DNA from: Mytilus trossulus
Taxonomy: Eukaryota
Length of the DNA stretch: 64,000 nucleotides
Direction of reading: 5' to 3'
Assembly: GCF_036588685.1 (NCBI RefSeq)
Contig: NC_086375.1
Location: 58,714,001-58,778,000 of the forward strand
The notes below the pieces were generated by a model that was not told the origin of the DNA, made no database searches, and saw nothing but the letters and a program-made list of their open reading frames with translations. Below are positions 52,157 to 64,000 of the stretch, piece by piece. Position 1 is the first letter of the stretch. Each line of letters begins with the position of its first letter. The translations under genes and the position numbers were made by a program.

Positions 52157-54804
52157 TAAACCCTAACCATTATTCAACATCACAACAAAAGAACAACTGT
52201 AACAATCAGCTGGGAATTGCATGATGTAAACCAACAAAAATAAAAACAATAGACAAAAAGTACAAAATTGAAATACTGGAATGTCAAAGCCAATAACAAC
52301 TTGTGTATAAAATCAGGCTCTACCAGACTACAGTATTAATCAGTACACATCCAACTGATTTACTATAACAATTTACAAACGGTTCGAAAAAAAAGTGTGA
52401 CATAGTGCTATAACGAAATAGGAGTACATTACAACAATAGGTTGTAGGACCATATGATTTCATAACTGTACATCATGACGTTTTAAGTCGTCTTTAAATT
52501 ATCAAAAACAAAATCAAATTGAATATAAGTACCGTTAAAACAATATTCTGTTATCTTTAAGTTACGACGGTGTAAAAATGATGCACTTCAAGAACAGATT
52601 CAGTAAGGGATCAATGAGAGTACATGGATTGAATGCAAATGCAGGTGCTTTATAAACAACATCACTGAAAACATAATATCCTGTTTGTAGCAAGATATAG
52701 AAACGACAATGTCTTCAAACAGAATCTATCAAATAATTTAGTATATTAAGTTTTAAATTAATTTGGTAACGAAATCCACGAAATAATCATTGATGAGTTT
52801 ATAAAACATATATAAATGGTTTACCCCAACTTTAACTGTTATGTATGTTTGTTGTGATCACACATTGTGTCAATATAATGGAATTTTAAGGGACTATCAC
52901 ACAAATGAAATGTTAAATAAGGTACCTGTACAATAAGATTTAATCCACCATTTTCTTCAAACGGAAATTGCTATACCAAACCAAAGTCAGGAATATGACA
53001 GTTGTTTTCCATTTCGTTTGATGTGTTTCAGCTTTTGATATTGCCATAAAAAAAGGAGTTTTGCGTTCGACTGTAATTTTCCTTGGAGTTTGGTATTATT
53101 TTGTATTTGTTGTTGTTGCTTTTTACAACTCCTGGTTCGATGCCAATGGTAGTAAAAGTTTCGTTCTCACCAACCCAGTAATTAGCATTTTTGTATTGAA
53201 ATAAAATATTCTAAATATGACCATTTTCTGTAATTTATTGAATACAAACTATGTTTTTTTTAGATTAAAGACATTGTTTCCTTAGCCCGTAAAAAAATCG
53301 GGTTTTACTGTTCTTCAACTTTGATTTGGTCTTGAACTGTTTACAGATCTTTTTATGTAGACGCAATAAACGTTTGGCGTAACAAAATATATGCTTGGTA
53401 AAAGTGGTGAATTTTTACAACCAGTCGTTCGATGCCATAGCTGGTGTTCGTTTCGTTATAAGAGTATTACCAGCCCTGTAGTCCGCACTTTAAAGTTGAC
53501 ATGAAATATCCTGAAGTTATCGCACTATTAATATGTTTATAGTATAGCCATATATTGCACAACTTTTTTAGAATTCCTTTTTGTAATGCTATCAACTATC
53601 ATGTACTTTTTGATTTGGTCTTCACAATGTTTTGGTTTAAGCGACATTGATGAGTCATACGTAAACGAAATGGCGTCCATGATTCAATTGTACTTTTTTG
53701 TTACCACTTGGTCGATGTCATTGCTGGTGGACGTTTTGTAAACGAGTCCGTCACCACTTATTATTGTTATGTTAGATACTTGTTTCGTTGGCAATTATAC
53801 CACACCTTTTTATCTTATATGAAATATCATTTATGTTCATCGTATGTCTTTAATAATAACATGTCTTCTGATTGTTTTTATTCGTACCGGTCCTACATAT
53901 GTATTTATGTTTGTTTGCTTTTTGGCCTTGAATGTTTGTCCCTAATATTTTATTAACTGTGCATTTGCATTCAGATATCGCAGATCAAATTTATTTGTTC
54001 ATAGTGTATTAATTTACGTTTTTTGATTGAGTTACGCCTGCCAATTGATATTTTATCGTGTATTTTTTTATGTTGTGATTTTATGTTATTGTTTCAGAAA
54101 AAAGGAGAAGGTTTGGTACCATCAAATCGTTTAATCCCGCTGCAAATGTTTGCACTTGTCCTAAGTCAGGAATCTGATGTACAGTAGTTGTCGTTTGTTT
54201 ATAGATTAGACCGTTGGTTTTCCCGTTTGAATGTTCTTACACTAGTTATTTTGGGGCCCTTTATAGCTTGTTGTTCGGTGTGAGCCAAGGCTCCTTGTTG
54301 AAGGCACATATTTCTACTTAGTTCTTAATACATAGATGGTGAAAGAAGAAGTAATTATTTTTCTTAAGGCGAAGTGTACGTAATTAAACTTCACAATGGA
54401 TTTTTTTTAAATTTCACATACGAATTCTGCTTGTAAAATTACACCAGAAAATGAAATAAAAAAAGGGGGTAACCGTTTTCGTTTTTGAGATACGAGCCGT
54501 TGAAATTAACTACAAGATACACCAAAATAACAAAGGATATATAGGGAAAATCATCAAAATTAGCAGGTATTTTTACATCATCAAGATTTTCTATTTTGTT
54601 GGACAATGGATTTTTTTCTAAAACTGATATACGATTTAAAAATGAAAGACGAATCCATCGGTGCAAAGAAAGTCCTTAGCAACCGTATTAGTTTTTACGC
54701 TACTCTCTGTTGAAGTTTAGTTTTTGGCTGGAACATTGAAATTATCTGGCGACGTCATTGTCTGCAGTAACGTCGCCACAACTTCTACGTCGAAACTCTA
54801 TTAA

Positions 54805-55077
54805 GGTGGTACCCAACACTTTCACTAAAATTAATTTGGCTCGTTTAATTTTCATAAAATTTTGTCAAAGTATTTACTTTGACCCTTTAACTAAAATGTA
54901 AAAATTTGAAAAAAATTTGAACCAACCGTTTATCAGAAAAATTACACTGGTTATATAGCAGTTTGACAAACATCAATTTTGATCATTGAGAAGCTTAATA
55001 TTCCTTCTACAACACAACGTAATTAAAACGTTTAGCTGACTTTACAGAGTTATCTCCCTGTAGTGTTAGGTACCACC
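54805..55077. mobile_element. Nested Kolobok-like MITE (TTAA TSD)
   Basis: TTAA|GGTGGTACCCAACACT ... AGTGTTAGGTACCACC|TTAA. Confidence 0.88.
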
Positions 55078-55782
55078 TTAAACCGTACAATGCCGTAGCA
55101 ATGGCGTTCGTGTGTATTACCCATCTTCCTATGTATTACAAATGATCTTACGCTATAATTTGATAAGGAACTAAACTAACTAATTTTAAAGAATATTTCT
55201 GTCGCAAAAGAAAATGCAAGTTTGTAAATTAATTTACCGCAAATCAAAAAAAATTGCCGTAGACTCTAATTTCATCTTTTCTATATTAGAGTGATTTCCG
55301 AACCTTTTTCAATGCTGGCATGGATTGTTTAATTCTTTTATGAATCAAATATCGAGTTTGAATTCGTCCCGGTTAACACAGTGTTGTCAGAAAGAATTGA
55401 TCGGCTTTAATACTAAGATCGGGTATACACCTCGTTTTCAATCTTTAAGTTACTTCTGTATGTTTGTATTTAAAAAAGTAGACCTATTGTCTGCATATTT
55501 TCATGTTCGTCATTTCTGCATGTTGTTAATCTGAAGATTTGCACACAATATAGTCTACATCATAAACCTATTTCACTAGTCATGTTTACACACATGCTAA
55601 AGACGCATCTCTGCCAAAACATATTTTATTTTACAAAATTCCCAATCTCTATTACTTTCCCTTTTCTTTAACTAAATGACAAAGAATGATGTAATGATTG
55701 CTGAATGAAGTTTCAGTAACATAAGAAAATATTTGTTTGTTCCATGCATTATTTGTTAAAAATCCACATTAAAGGATTTAAA

Positions 55783-56232
55783 TTGATTGATTGATTGTTG
55801 GTTGCTTAACGTCCAGTGGCAAATATGTCATGCATGTTCAGGATGAGAACGAGTTAATAATAAAAACAATAGGAAGTTTTGTTCATAACAGAGGCCATCC
55901 GGGATGATGGTCTGGGAAATTTGGAGTGCCACTAGAAAATGAGAGTACATGTATATTGGATAGGGACAGAAATTTTGCCGCGTGCAACAGTCAACATATT
56001 CAACCCTTAAATTATAGTTGTTGTAATGGTTTTTAACGGGCATAGAGTGTGGCACTCTCTTTACACGAGTCATCGGAATAGCGTTCCCATTCTGACCGGA
56101 CGTGACTGCGAGCTTAATAAATCATGCACAGCCAAACGGACCCTCCTCTTCGGAAAATGTTTTACTGCCGGTCGGGAGAAGACCAAGCGACCACATTTCG
56201 TTTCCCCAGTCACCTTTGGGGTAACACGGATT
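55783..56232 (-). mobile_element. SINE (bivalve Meta-domain-like) nested in the Kolobok-like element
   Basis: Homologous to 45437-45812; (CAAT)n tail. Confidence 0.65.
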
Positions 56233-59200
56233 TAAACAATAAACACAATGCATACTATGGTACTTCAACTTCTTAAGTTCTTATACATCCGTGGCTTTAA
56301 AATGTTCTGCCTTTAGTGTCCCTTATCTAGGTTAATCCAGAAAAGCGCTTCATTTCATTTTATCTTCAGAATTTTTTAGACCGCAATGAGGTTAAAAAGA
56401 AGGACTCGCTTATACATACATTTAAAAAAAAAAAATAGAAAAGATCGGAGTATTTGGTATAACCACCAGTCGCAGATATTTCATACATGTATATTCAAAA
56501 TGAAAACCTTACACCTTATGTGATTCTTTTGAGATCGACGTACCTAGTCAGTGCAATAACGACCGTAACATACCCATGCAGTGTTATGAAATAAAATTTG
56601 TGTAGGGTAATGAATTAAATAGCGATGAATATAGAGTAACGCTTTAAATTAACTGGTGTAAAATTAATTATATAAGAATGCGACCTTATGAGAATTATCA
56701 TGTTCGATGCTTTAAAAATTTACCTAATAAAATGTTACAAGAATGTACTCAGTGTAATGCACGGAGATTATTCATACTGTATTGCTACACGGGTTTACCT
56801 AGCAAAGTGCCGTACGAATATAGCTTCTGCATAATGCAAATGCACGGCTTTCCTATTTATTTCATATAAAACAACAAGGAGATGTGGTATGACATCCAAT
56901 GAGTCAACTACCCGCCACTGGTTAAATGAAGTCGATGTAAGCAATAACTATAAACAACCAAACTCTTTTCAACAATTAAAGGGACAAAAACATAATGTGT
57001 AGGCCACAAAAACCCCGATATGAAAAATGCAAAAAATTTCCAACGAGAAAATCAACAGCCTTATTCATGAAAAAAATAGTTACGAAAAACAAATACCATA
57101 TTGTGAAGTAAAAGACTTGAACCAAAGTGAGTAACAACCAGCAAACTATAAGTCCAATAATACAAATCTTTGGAGTTTGAAATGATTTATATTCAACGAT
57201 TTTTATCGGATACATTTTTTTTGGGGGGGGGGTCAATGTTGATAATAAGAAAAGTAATATCCTATAAATTGTTTTTGAATGTAAATGATATGAAACTCCA
57301 AATTCTTACATTATTGGACAAGTAATTGGCAGATCCTTACGGGAGTTGGACCCCCTTCTTTGGGCCGATCAATGCATTTGAATGGGGACATATAGTTGGA
57401 ATCCCCCCTTTGTCCTGGGTTGGGGACCCCTTTTTTTAATGGCTGGATCCGCCCCTACTAGTACACCACGGGCTTCTCAATTCTTGTATTATGATCTATT
57501 ATCATGAACTAAGTGAAAGCATAGAGGTGACTGAGTGCGAGATCTTCCTGGATAATCATTGAGGTCGTTTATATGCATTCCTTGCAGTAGACTTCCGTTA
57601 AATTTTAAAAAAAATCTTTAAAATGCTATCGAAATGTATAAAAAGTCTGAACTTATTTCACCTCTCATTCCACTAAACATTAAATTACAGTTACAAGTGC
57701 CACAAAACTTTCCTGGCCTCTTTTAACCGTAATGATATTTTTCTACTCATTCATTATCTTGAATTGAGACCTATTAGGAAAAACACGTTACTCAGTCAAA
57801 ATTACATTTTGTTCTCTAATTTGAAATGATGCACACAGGCACAATAAAAAAAAATAATTTTGCTATCTCTTCGAAATTGGAATTTAAAAAAGAAGAAATG
57901 ACGTGTGATATTTTTTATCATACATGAATCTTGTGTATTTGTAATTTCAATTTCAATTTGGTTCTAAATTTAGATTTAGATTTTTAATAAATTTCGGACG
58001 GAATAGAAGACACCTGTTTATTTTCTGCACATGTATGACATGTATAAAAAGTTGAAAACTGGAAGTTGAATGACATAGTTTTTACTTATTCTAAGATAAA
58101 TGTTTAGAGTGATCACTTTTTAGTTTACTATGAGTATATTTTTGGGGCCTAATTTGTTAACTTTCGTCTTTGTTCTTTCGACTTGTAAGTGTTGCCCTAG
58201 ACTAGTCGTCAAATTTTATTCTCTTGGTATCGTCTTATTTTCTAAATTGATATAAAACATGTCCTAAAATTTTCATTAGCACAAAATACGAACATGTCAA
58301 CGTTTTTTCAATCTAATAAATAATTTCATATGTCATTCATTAATTGTTCGGTAACCCGCTAAAACTTTAAGTTGAGTACTGTGTGTTTTTGTTCAAAACT
58401 TACGGCTTTTAAAACGATATTGTTGGGTCAATTCAGGTTTAATTTTAATAATTAAATAATTAATAATAGAAGTAGAATCGTCACATGTTTATTTATTTAT
58501 AATTCTGTTGTGAGGCGATTTTACAATCTGTTGATATAAGTTTTTACACGAAATGGCTTTCATGTCCCATGCGTCTGAAACAAAATAAATCAACTAGTAT
58601 TAAAGTCAGGCTGCACGAAACAATAGAATGCTTTGATTTCTAAATGGAGTATTTCAGATAATTTCTCATGATTAGGTTTTTTAAGACAGCACGGGCGTGC
58701 TTTTTGGATTTGTGATAGACCGCACGAAGTATTTTCTCTTTCGTGTGTCCTTTCTTGGAGTAAGGGAGATAACTTGCGTAACTAACGTCGAACGTTATTA
58801 ATCCCGTATTCCGCTAGGGGCGTGCAATTACGTACACTTCGCCTTAAGTTGAAATTCTAAAGTAACATAAACGAACATATTATTGTTGAGGATTTTTTTT
58901 GAAGAAAGTATCAATGCAGCTTACGATATTTTTCAAAGTAAATTGTCAATAACTAATTAATATGGTATGATTTGCAAAACAATACGGAATTGTTTATTTT
59001 GTCTATGGGAACAACAACTGTAATGATGTAGAACAGGTGCCACAGCACTCTTTGGTCTTTGAATGTGGCATACGCGTTACTCTGAGGACTCTCAGACCTG
59101 TACTTTGTGTCTCTTTTATACTTTTATCGGTTTCTTTTTATCTGATTTTTATAGTTTGTTCGTAATTGTACTTTTACACCACTGACCGAGGTAGGGCAGA

Positions 59201-59914
59201 GGGTTTGGCGCCACCCAACATGCTCAACCCCGGACTCAACTTTCTATATGTCCTTGTCCCATAGTCAAGAACGTGTAGTTCAGTATTGATCGTTTGTTGT
59301 TGTATATCATTTTTTCGTTCTTTGTTTTGTAGACAAATCAAGCCGTTAGTTTTCTCGTTTGAATTGTTTTACATTTGTGCTGGGACTTAGTTAGTATAGA
59401 AAGTCCCTGATTTCTGATTTCTAAGCCTTTTTATAGCTTTCATATTGTGATGTATGTGATTTGCTCATTGTTGAAAATCTTAGGTGACCAATAGTTATTT
59501 TCTATGTTATTTAGATTTTGGTGGACAGTTGTCTTAGCTGCAATCATATCAGATCTTTGATGTTCATAAGTGTTGAAGAACATTTTAAAAATAAATTAGA
59601 AAAAAATGTGAAGCATAAAAACAAAACTTATATCATGTATAACTATTTTAAGATTAATTTTCATTAGCATTACTTCTTCAGCGGTAAAGAAAGCATTGTT
59701 TTAATGCAAAATAATTTACTAGTAACTATTTGTTATTGTAATGTGGTAGAATGATTGCAGATGCATTTGTCATGTTTTGATGTCATTCAATATTCCAGAT
59801 ATAATTATAAAAACAAATATGAAATTTTATAATTTTAGTGGAAACAACATACGATGTGCATTAATACATGCAGTGCGGATGCAACAATTGAACAAATAAT
59901 TGTTTTTTAAATAT

Positions 59915-59993
59915 TTTATTTTTAAATTCTGATGTGTCGTTCTGGTTCATATTTCCATATTTTTATAACCGTCTAGTTTGAGCACCTATAGTT
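59915..59993 (-). other. Gene D putative non-coding 3' exon (acceptor 59995-59994, AATAAA 59920-59915)
   Basis: Donor G|GTAGGT 5 nt after the stop; TTTCTTTTTCAG acceptor; poly(A) signal. Confidence 0.5.
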
Positions 59994-60461
59994 CTGAAAA
60001 AGAAATTTTAACCTCATTTAAAATATCTTCAAGACATGATTGAAGTGGAAAATTTAATACAGATATATACATGTATCTAGAAGTTATCAACGCATACAAG
60101 TTCAACATAATGTCCAGGTTAGGTAATGACTTGATTTTAAAAAATTTCTATAAGTAAATAAAATTGAAATAGGGAACGTGTCAAAGAGACATCACAACTA
60201 CCAAAGAACAGAAAACAGCCAAAGTCCAAAAAGGGTTTTTAACATCCGAGAAAATCATGCACCCGGAAGCAGGCTTCATCTAGCCACTAAGAAAACATGC
60301 GTACTAGTTCAATTAAAATGGACGTCCTACTGTACCACGTATGTCACCAATGAATGCCATTAAAATCTTTGGCTTTTAAACACATTCATTTATACGTTTT
60401 TGAACAAAGAGTTTAATATTTCAAACAAAAAATAGATATATTTAAAACACACCTACCCTTT

Positions 60462-60695
60462 TTAACAACCTCTTCCTCCTCTCCCTCCTGTGCCTCCTTG
60501 ACCTCCAGGGGTACCAGGTTCTCCCGGACATCCTCCTCCAAAGTCCCATCCAGGTTCTCCAGGTCGCCCGGGTTCACCAGGTCTTCCAGGTTCACCGGGT
60601 TGTCCAGGACCACCACCCCTTCCACCTTCTCTCCATTGTCCATTTATACAACATAAAACTATCACAAAAACGCTAATAAATACAAGGCACTTCAT
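60462..60695 (-). CDS. Secreted collagen-like / Gly-X-Y micro-protein precursor (gene D)
   Basis: Intact 77-aa ORF. Signal MKCLVFISVFVIVLCCING; mature region starts with Gln; G-X-P then G-G-X triplets; two Cys. Acceptor TTTTCTTTCAG 3 nt before ATG. Confidence 0.87.
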   Translation of the reverse strand: MKCLVFISVFVIVLCCINGQWREGGRGGGPGQPGEPGRPGEPGRPGEPGWDFGGGCPGEPGTPGGQGGTGGRGGRGC

Positions 60696-60985
60696 TTTCT
60701 GAAAGAAAATAGCAAACGAGATTAAATAAAATCAATTCCCAAAAATAAGAATTGAATCCAGATTTTGAGTGCGCAGATTTTATCCTCCAAACAGTTTTGC
60801 TATAAAAAGTTTGCAAAATAGATTAAAACCTACGTCTTTAAAGATTTTTAACCTCAACTTTAAAGTCACTAAATTAAGTAAATCTTCAAGGTAAAGTATG
60901 CTTGTATAACATTTTCACATAAATTAAAAGACAAAACACATTTTTACATTTAATTGAAATCCATTAACTTGTTATTCAAAAATGA

Positions 60986-61045
60986 GCTTACGTGGTTCTC
61001 TGTTTGTTCTTTGTTATTATATGTATTGTGTATGAATATTATATA
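60986..61045 (-). promoter_or_regulatory. Gene D TATATAA (61045-61039), exon 1 ending 60992, donor GTAAGC
   Basis: Consensus donor about 50 nt downstream of TATA. Confidence 0.58.
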
Positions 61046-62149
61046 TACATATATTTGATATAATTATGCACATCGAACAGAATAACATAAAATTTAATAT
61101 AAAAAAGTAAATATTTCCAACATCTTCAATTTGACCTTTTGAAACATTTTGATGACGTATTAAGACATTTATGTATAACATATCCCCCTCGTGATGTTAT
61201 AATGTTATTTGTCTAGTTAAATAATTAATGTTTTTTTTTTTCTTATTTTAAGTGTGAATGGGTACTCGTTATGTAATTACAATGTATGTATAAACAACCA
61301 TTCGTCACCGTAACTTCCTGTCATATGTATGTTGTTCACCTTTACATTAATAAAAATGTTAGGATATTTTTCATACAATTTTCCGTAAAGCCCCTGGAAA
61401 ATGATTTTTTAAAATAAAATTAAGAATTAATTGTCCAGAAAAAAATTGAAAGGTCTTTACACCTAAGTATTAATAAACACGTATGAATTATGATAGTATT
61501 ACGTTTAGTTGAAATGAATTTTCATAAGGATAGTTAAATTAGTTAAGCAAAATAGTCATGATTCATTTGATATGAAAAATAGTGGAACAAATTTCATAAA
61601 CGGTACCATTAATACTGCACATGATGAGGATTTCGACAAAGCTCAATACAAACTTTGAAGATCTGATAAAACAAAAAAAAAGACCTTAATATGTAAAACT
61701 CAATCCGAACAAGAATTAGAGTTTTGCCTCAAAGAAATTTATTTCTGAAAGTATGATTTAAGAGGTACCTTTATGAATTAGAATAATTATTACTACTATC
61801 TTTAACTTCTTTCAAACTAAATTAGTTAATTTGTATCTTTAGGTTATAAGCTTCTTCCGGTTTTTTTTTTTTTATTAAAAGGTCAATTAAGGAGTCAAGT
61901 ACTAGTATTAGACCACTGTCGAGTCTGTCCGTCACCGGAAAAAAAATCTCGTCAATTATGTGCGCCTTTGTGACGATTTACCAGATTGAGAGGACCACTG
62001 CATTATCAACGTTTATAACGCGTCTTGGTGATCGTAATTGTGCAGGATAAACTAGAAATAATGGTTGTTCTGTAGGCTTGATCCTTACTCACAATTCCCT
62101 CATGACAACAGTACTGATTGTCAATAATGAGAATTCAATTTGTCGAATA

Positions 62150-63190
62150 ATTTCGTGCGAAATAGCATCATAGTTTTCCAACCACTCTCTCAACATTTAA
62201 ACGGAAACAGTGCACGAATGATGTTTCCTAAAACCAAACTTTTTGACGGAAATGCATCGTACTTTGAGTGGTCTATTGGTTTCTTTACCAAAACTCAAAC
62301 ACAAGGTTTCAATATAAATGGACAGAAAATTCTAAACTTAAACTTATTGATGATTTATTGACTGAAAATGTAAAGAATGAGATAATAGAGTTTGAAATGA
62401 TTAATTACGGGGAAAATCAGGTTGGTGTTGATGAGGCTACAAAAAAATTGTAGATAATATTTCAAGCCTTTCTTGTAAAGCAACTCCAAAACCTAAGAGG
62501 AGGAAGAAGAAAAGAAAATTTAAACAAGTTTTGTCAGACAATGTTATATATGAAACCAAGCGTCAAATAAATAAAATAGGAAACAAAATAAGAAATAATC
62601 CAAATAATAAAAGTTTAAAGCAAAAGTTTTTTGAGGTAAAAAAAAAACTTGAAGAAAATGGTTAAACAGAAAAAGTATGAATATAAACAGAAACTTTATA
62701 ATTGTTTAAGTGAATATATCGATCAAAATCCAAAGGAAATATTGGAAAATTTTAAAATCTCTTAGGAATAAAACAGAAAAAGATGAACTATCAGAGGTAT
62801 TAAAAGATGAAGAAGTTTTAATAAAACATTTTCAAGATCAAGGTAAACCTTCATCTATAAATAGTGCTTTTATGATAGACATTGAATCACAATTAAAGTT
62901 GTTAGAAAATAATATAAACTTCAAAGCTGAAACAGATGCTCCAATATCTTGTTCAGAAGTAAATATAAGGTAATCAGAGTACTAAAACTTCAAAAAGTCT
63001 GCCGGACCAGATAGAATTATAAATGAAATAATGAAAACCTCAAATCAAGTAATAATTAAGTAAATTGTTAAAATATTTAATTTAATTCTAAAAACGGGTT
63101 TATACCCAAAATCATGGAAGGACTCATATATAATCGCACTTCATAAGAAGGGAGACAAATCTGATCCCAATAATTACAGAGGTATTATCT
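62150..63190 (+). mobile_element. Decayed LINE ORF2 fragment (region preceding and entering RT)
   Basis: LKLQKSAGPDRIINE, IFNLILKTGLYPKSWKDSYIIALHKKGDKSDPNNYRGI; frameshifts. Confidence 0.85.
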
Positions 63191-63764
63191 TTAATCAGGT
63201 GGCAGAAACCAGTTATTTTACAATAAATATTAAGAATTTCATGGATTTATGATTTTATTTTCTTGAAAATTCATTCAAGCTTATATACAAATAAAATGTA
63301 TGGTTTCAAGGAACCAAGATGTGTGCGTGCTTATGTAAATATATAGAAAACCTTTAAATGTGGGTGTCTGTCCAGCATGGAGATTTAAAAAAAATATAAA
63401 TGCATTGTAAATAAGGCAAAAAATGTGATGCTCTGAGACCAATCTGTTGCATTGCTCACCTGCAGAATCCTGCTAAAAGCCGACAAGAATTTTAGGCAAA
63501 ATTCAAGAGATAAAGGATATTTAGTGAATTAGAGCCTTGTCCGAACCTATCCTTACCATTAAAATCTCAAGATATTTTTGTTTACAAAAAAACGAATATT
63601 TTCACTACTTTGATTGAATGCCGTCAAGTGAGGAGACCACAATTTTGACATCTGATTGGACCCATGGGTGAAGGAAATCCCCAACATGTGTATGCAACTA
63701 CTCACTTGTGCAGTACACTAGCCTAGAATTTACATTCATTTATTTTGTTAGTCCACATAATGCA

Positions 63765-64000
63765 ATTATATACCTCAATGCTTTACTATTGAATAGGAAA
63801 CGGTGTGTAAAAGTCGGTGCATATTTTAGTACCTGGCAAAATATCTACAAAGGTGTACCGCAGGGCTCGATTTTGGGTCCTGTGCTTTTGAATATTTTTC
63901 TAAACGACATTTTCAATTTTGTGAAAGAAAATGAACTGTATAATTATGCAGACGATATTACATTGTCAAACTCAGGACCAGACCTAAATGGATTAGTTAA
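63765..64000 (+). mobile_element. CR1/L2-group RT fragment, runs off the window
   Basis: YLLNRKRCVKV...KGVPQGSILGPVLLNIFLNDIF...YNYADD. Confidence 0.88.

Larger units (their letters stand above)
54368..58843. mobile_element. 4.5-kb non-autonomous Kolobok-like element (TTAA TSD, 18-bp perfect TIR)
   Basis: TTAA|GGCGAAGTGTACGTAATT ... AATTACGTACACTTCGCC|TTAA. Confidence 0.85.

Overview
AT-rich, repeat-dense eukaryotic (animal) genomic DNA. The interspersed repeats resemble those I associate with mytilid mussels (Mytilus-like bivalve); this taxon call is an inference. Most of the window is decayed, often nested, transposable elements: a Ginger-like intron-containing integrase element with a nested Ulp1-protease relic, a MULE/NOF-like transposase, an internally deleted Academ element with TIRs and TSD, TTAA-flanked Kolobok-like elements, MITEs, a Helentron-like element, Penelope-like RT fragments with minimal hammerhead ribozymes, LINE and SINE fragments, and ~170-180 bp tandem repeats. 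The main host content is a dispersed cluster (27-61 kb) of five very small secreted-peptide genes. All five share one architecture: TATA box, short non-coding exon 1, intron, then the whole CDS starting ATG-AAG within 3-9 nt of the splice acceptor. Their signal peptides are related, but the mature regions are very different: near-pure poly-Gly; Pro/Arg/Cys head plus poly-Gly; Cys-hairpin plus poly-Gly; and a 58-aa collagen-like Gly-X-Y peptide. The fifth gene is a 42-aa tandem paralog, missed by the ORF track, that lacks the poly-Gly tail. Functions are unknown; antimicrobial or structural roles are hypotheses.
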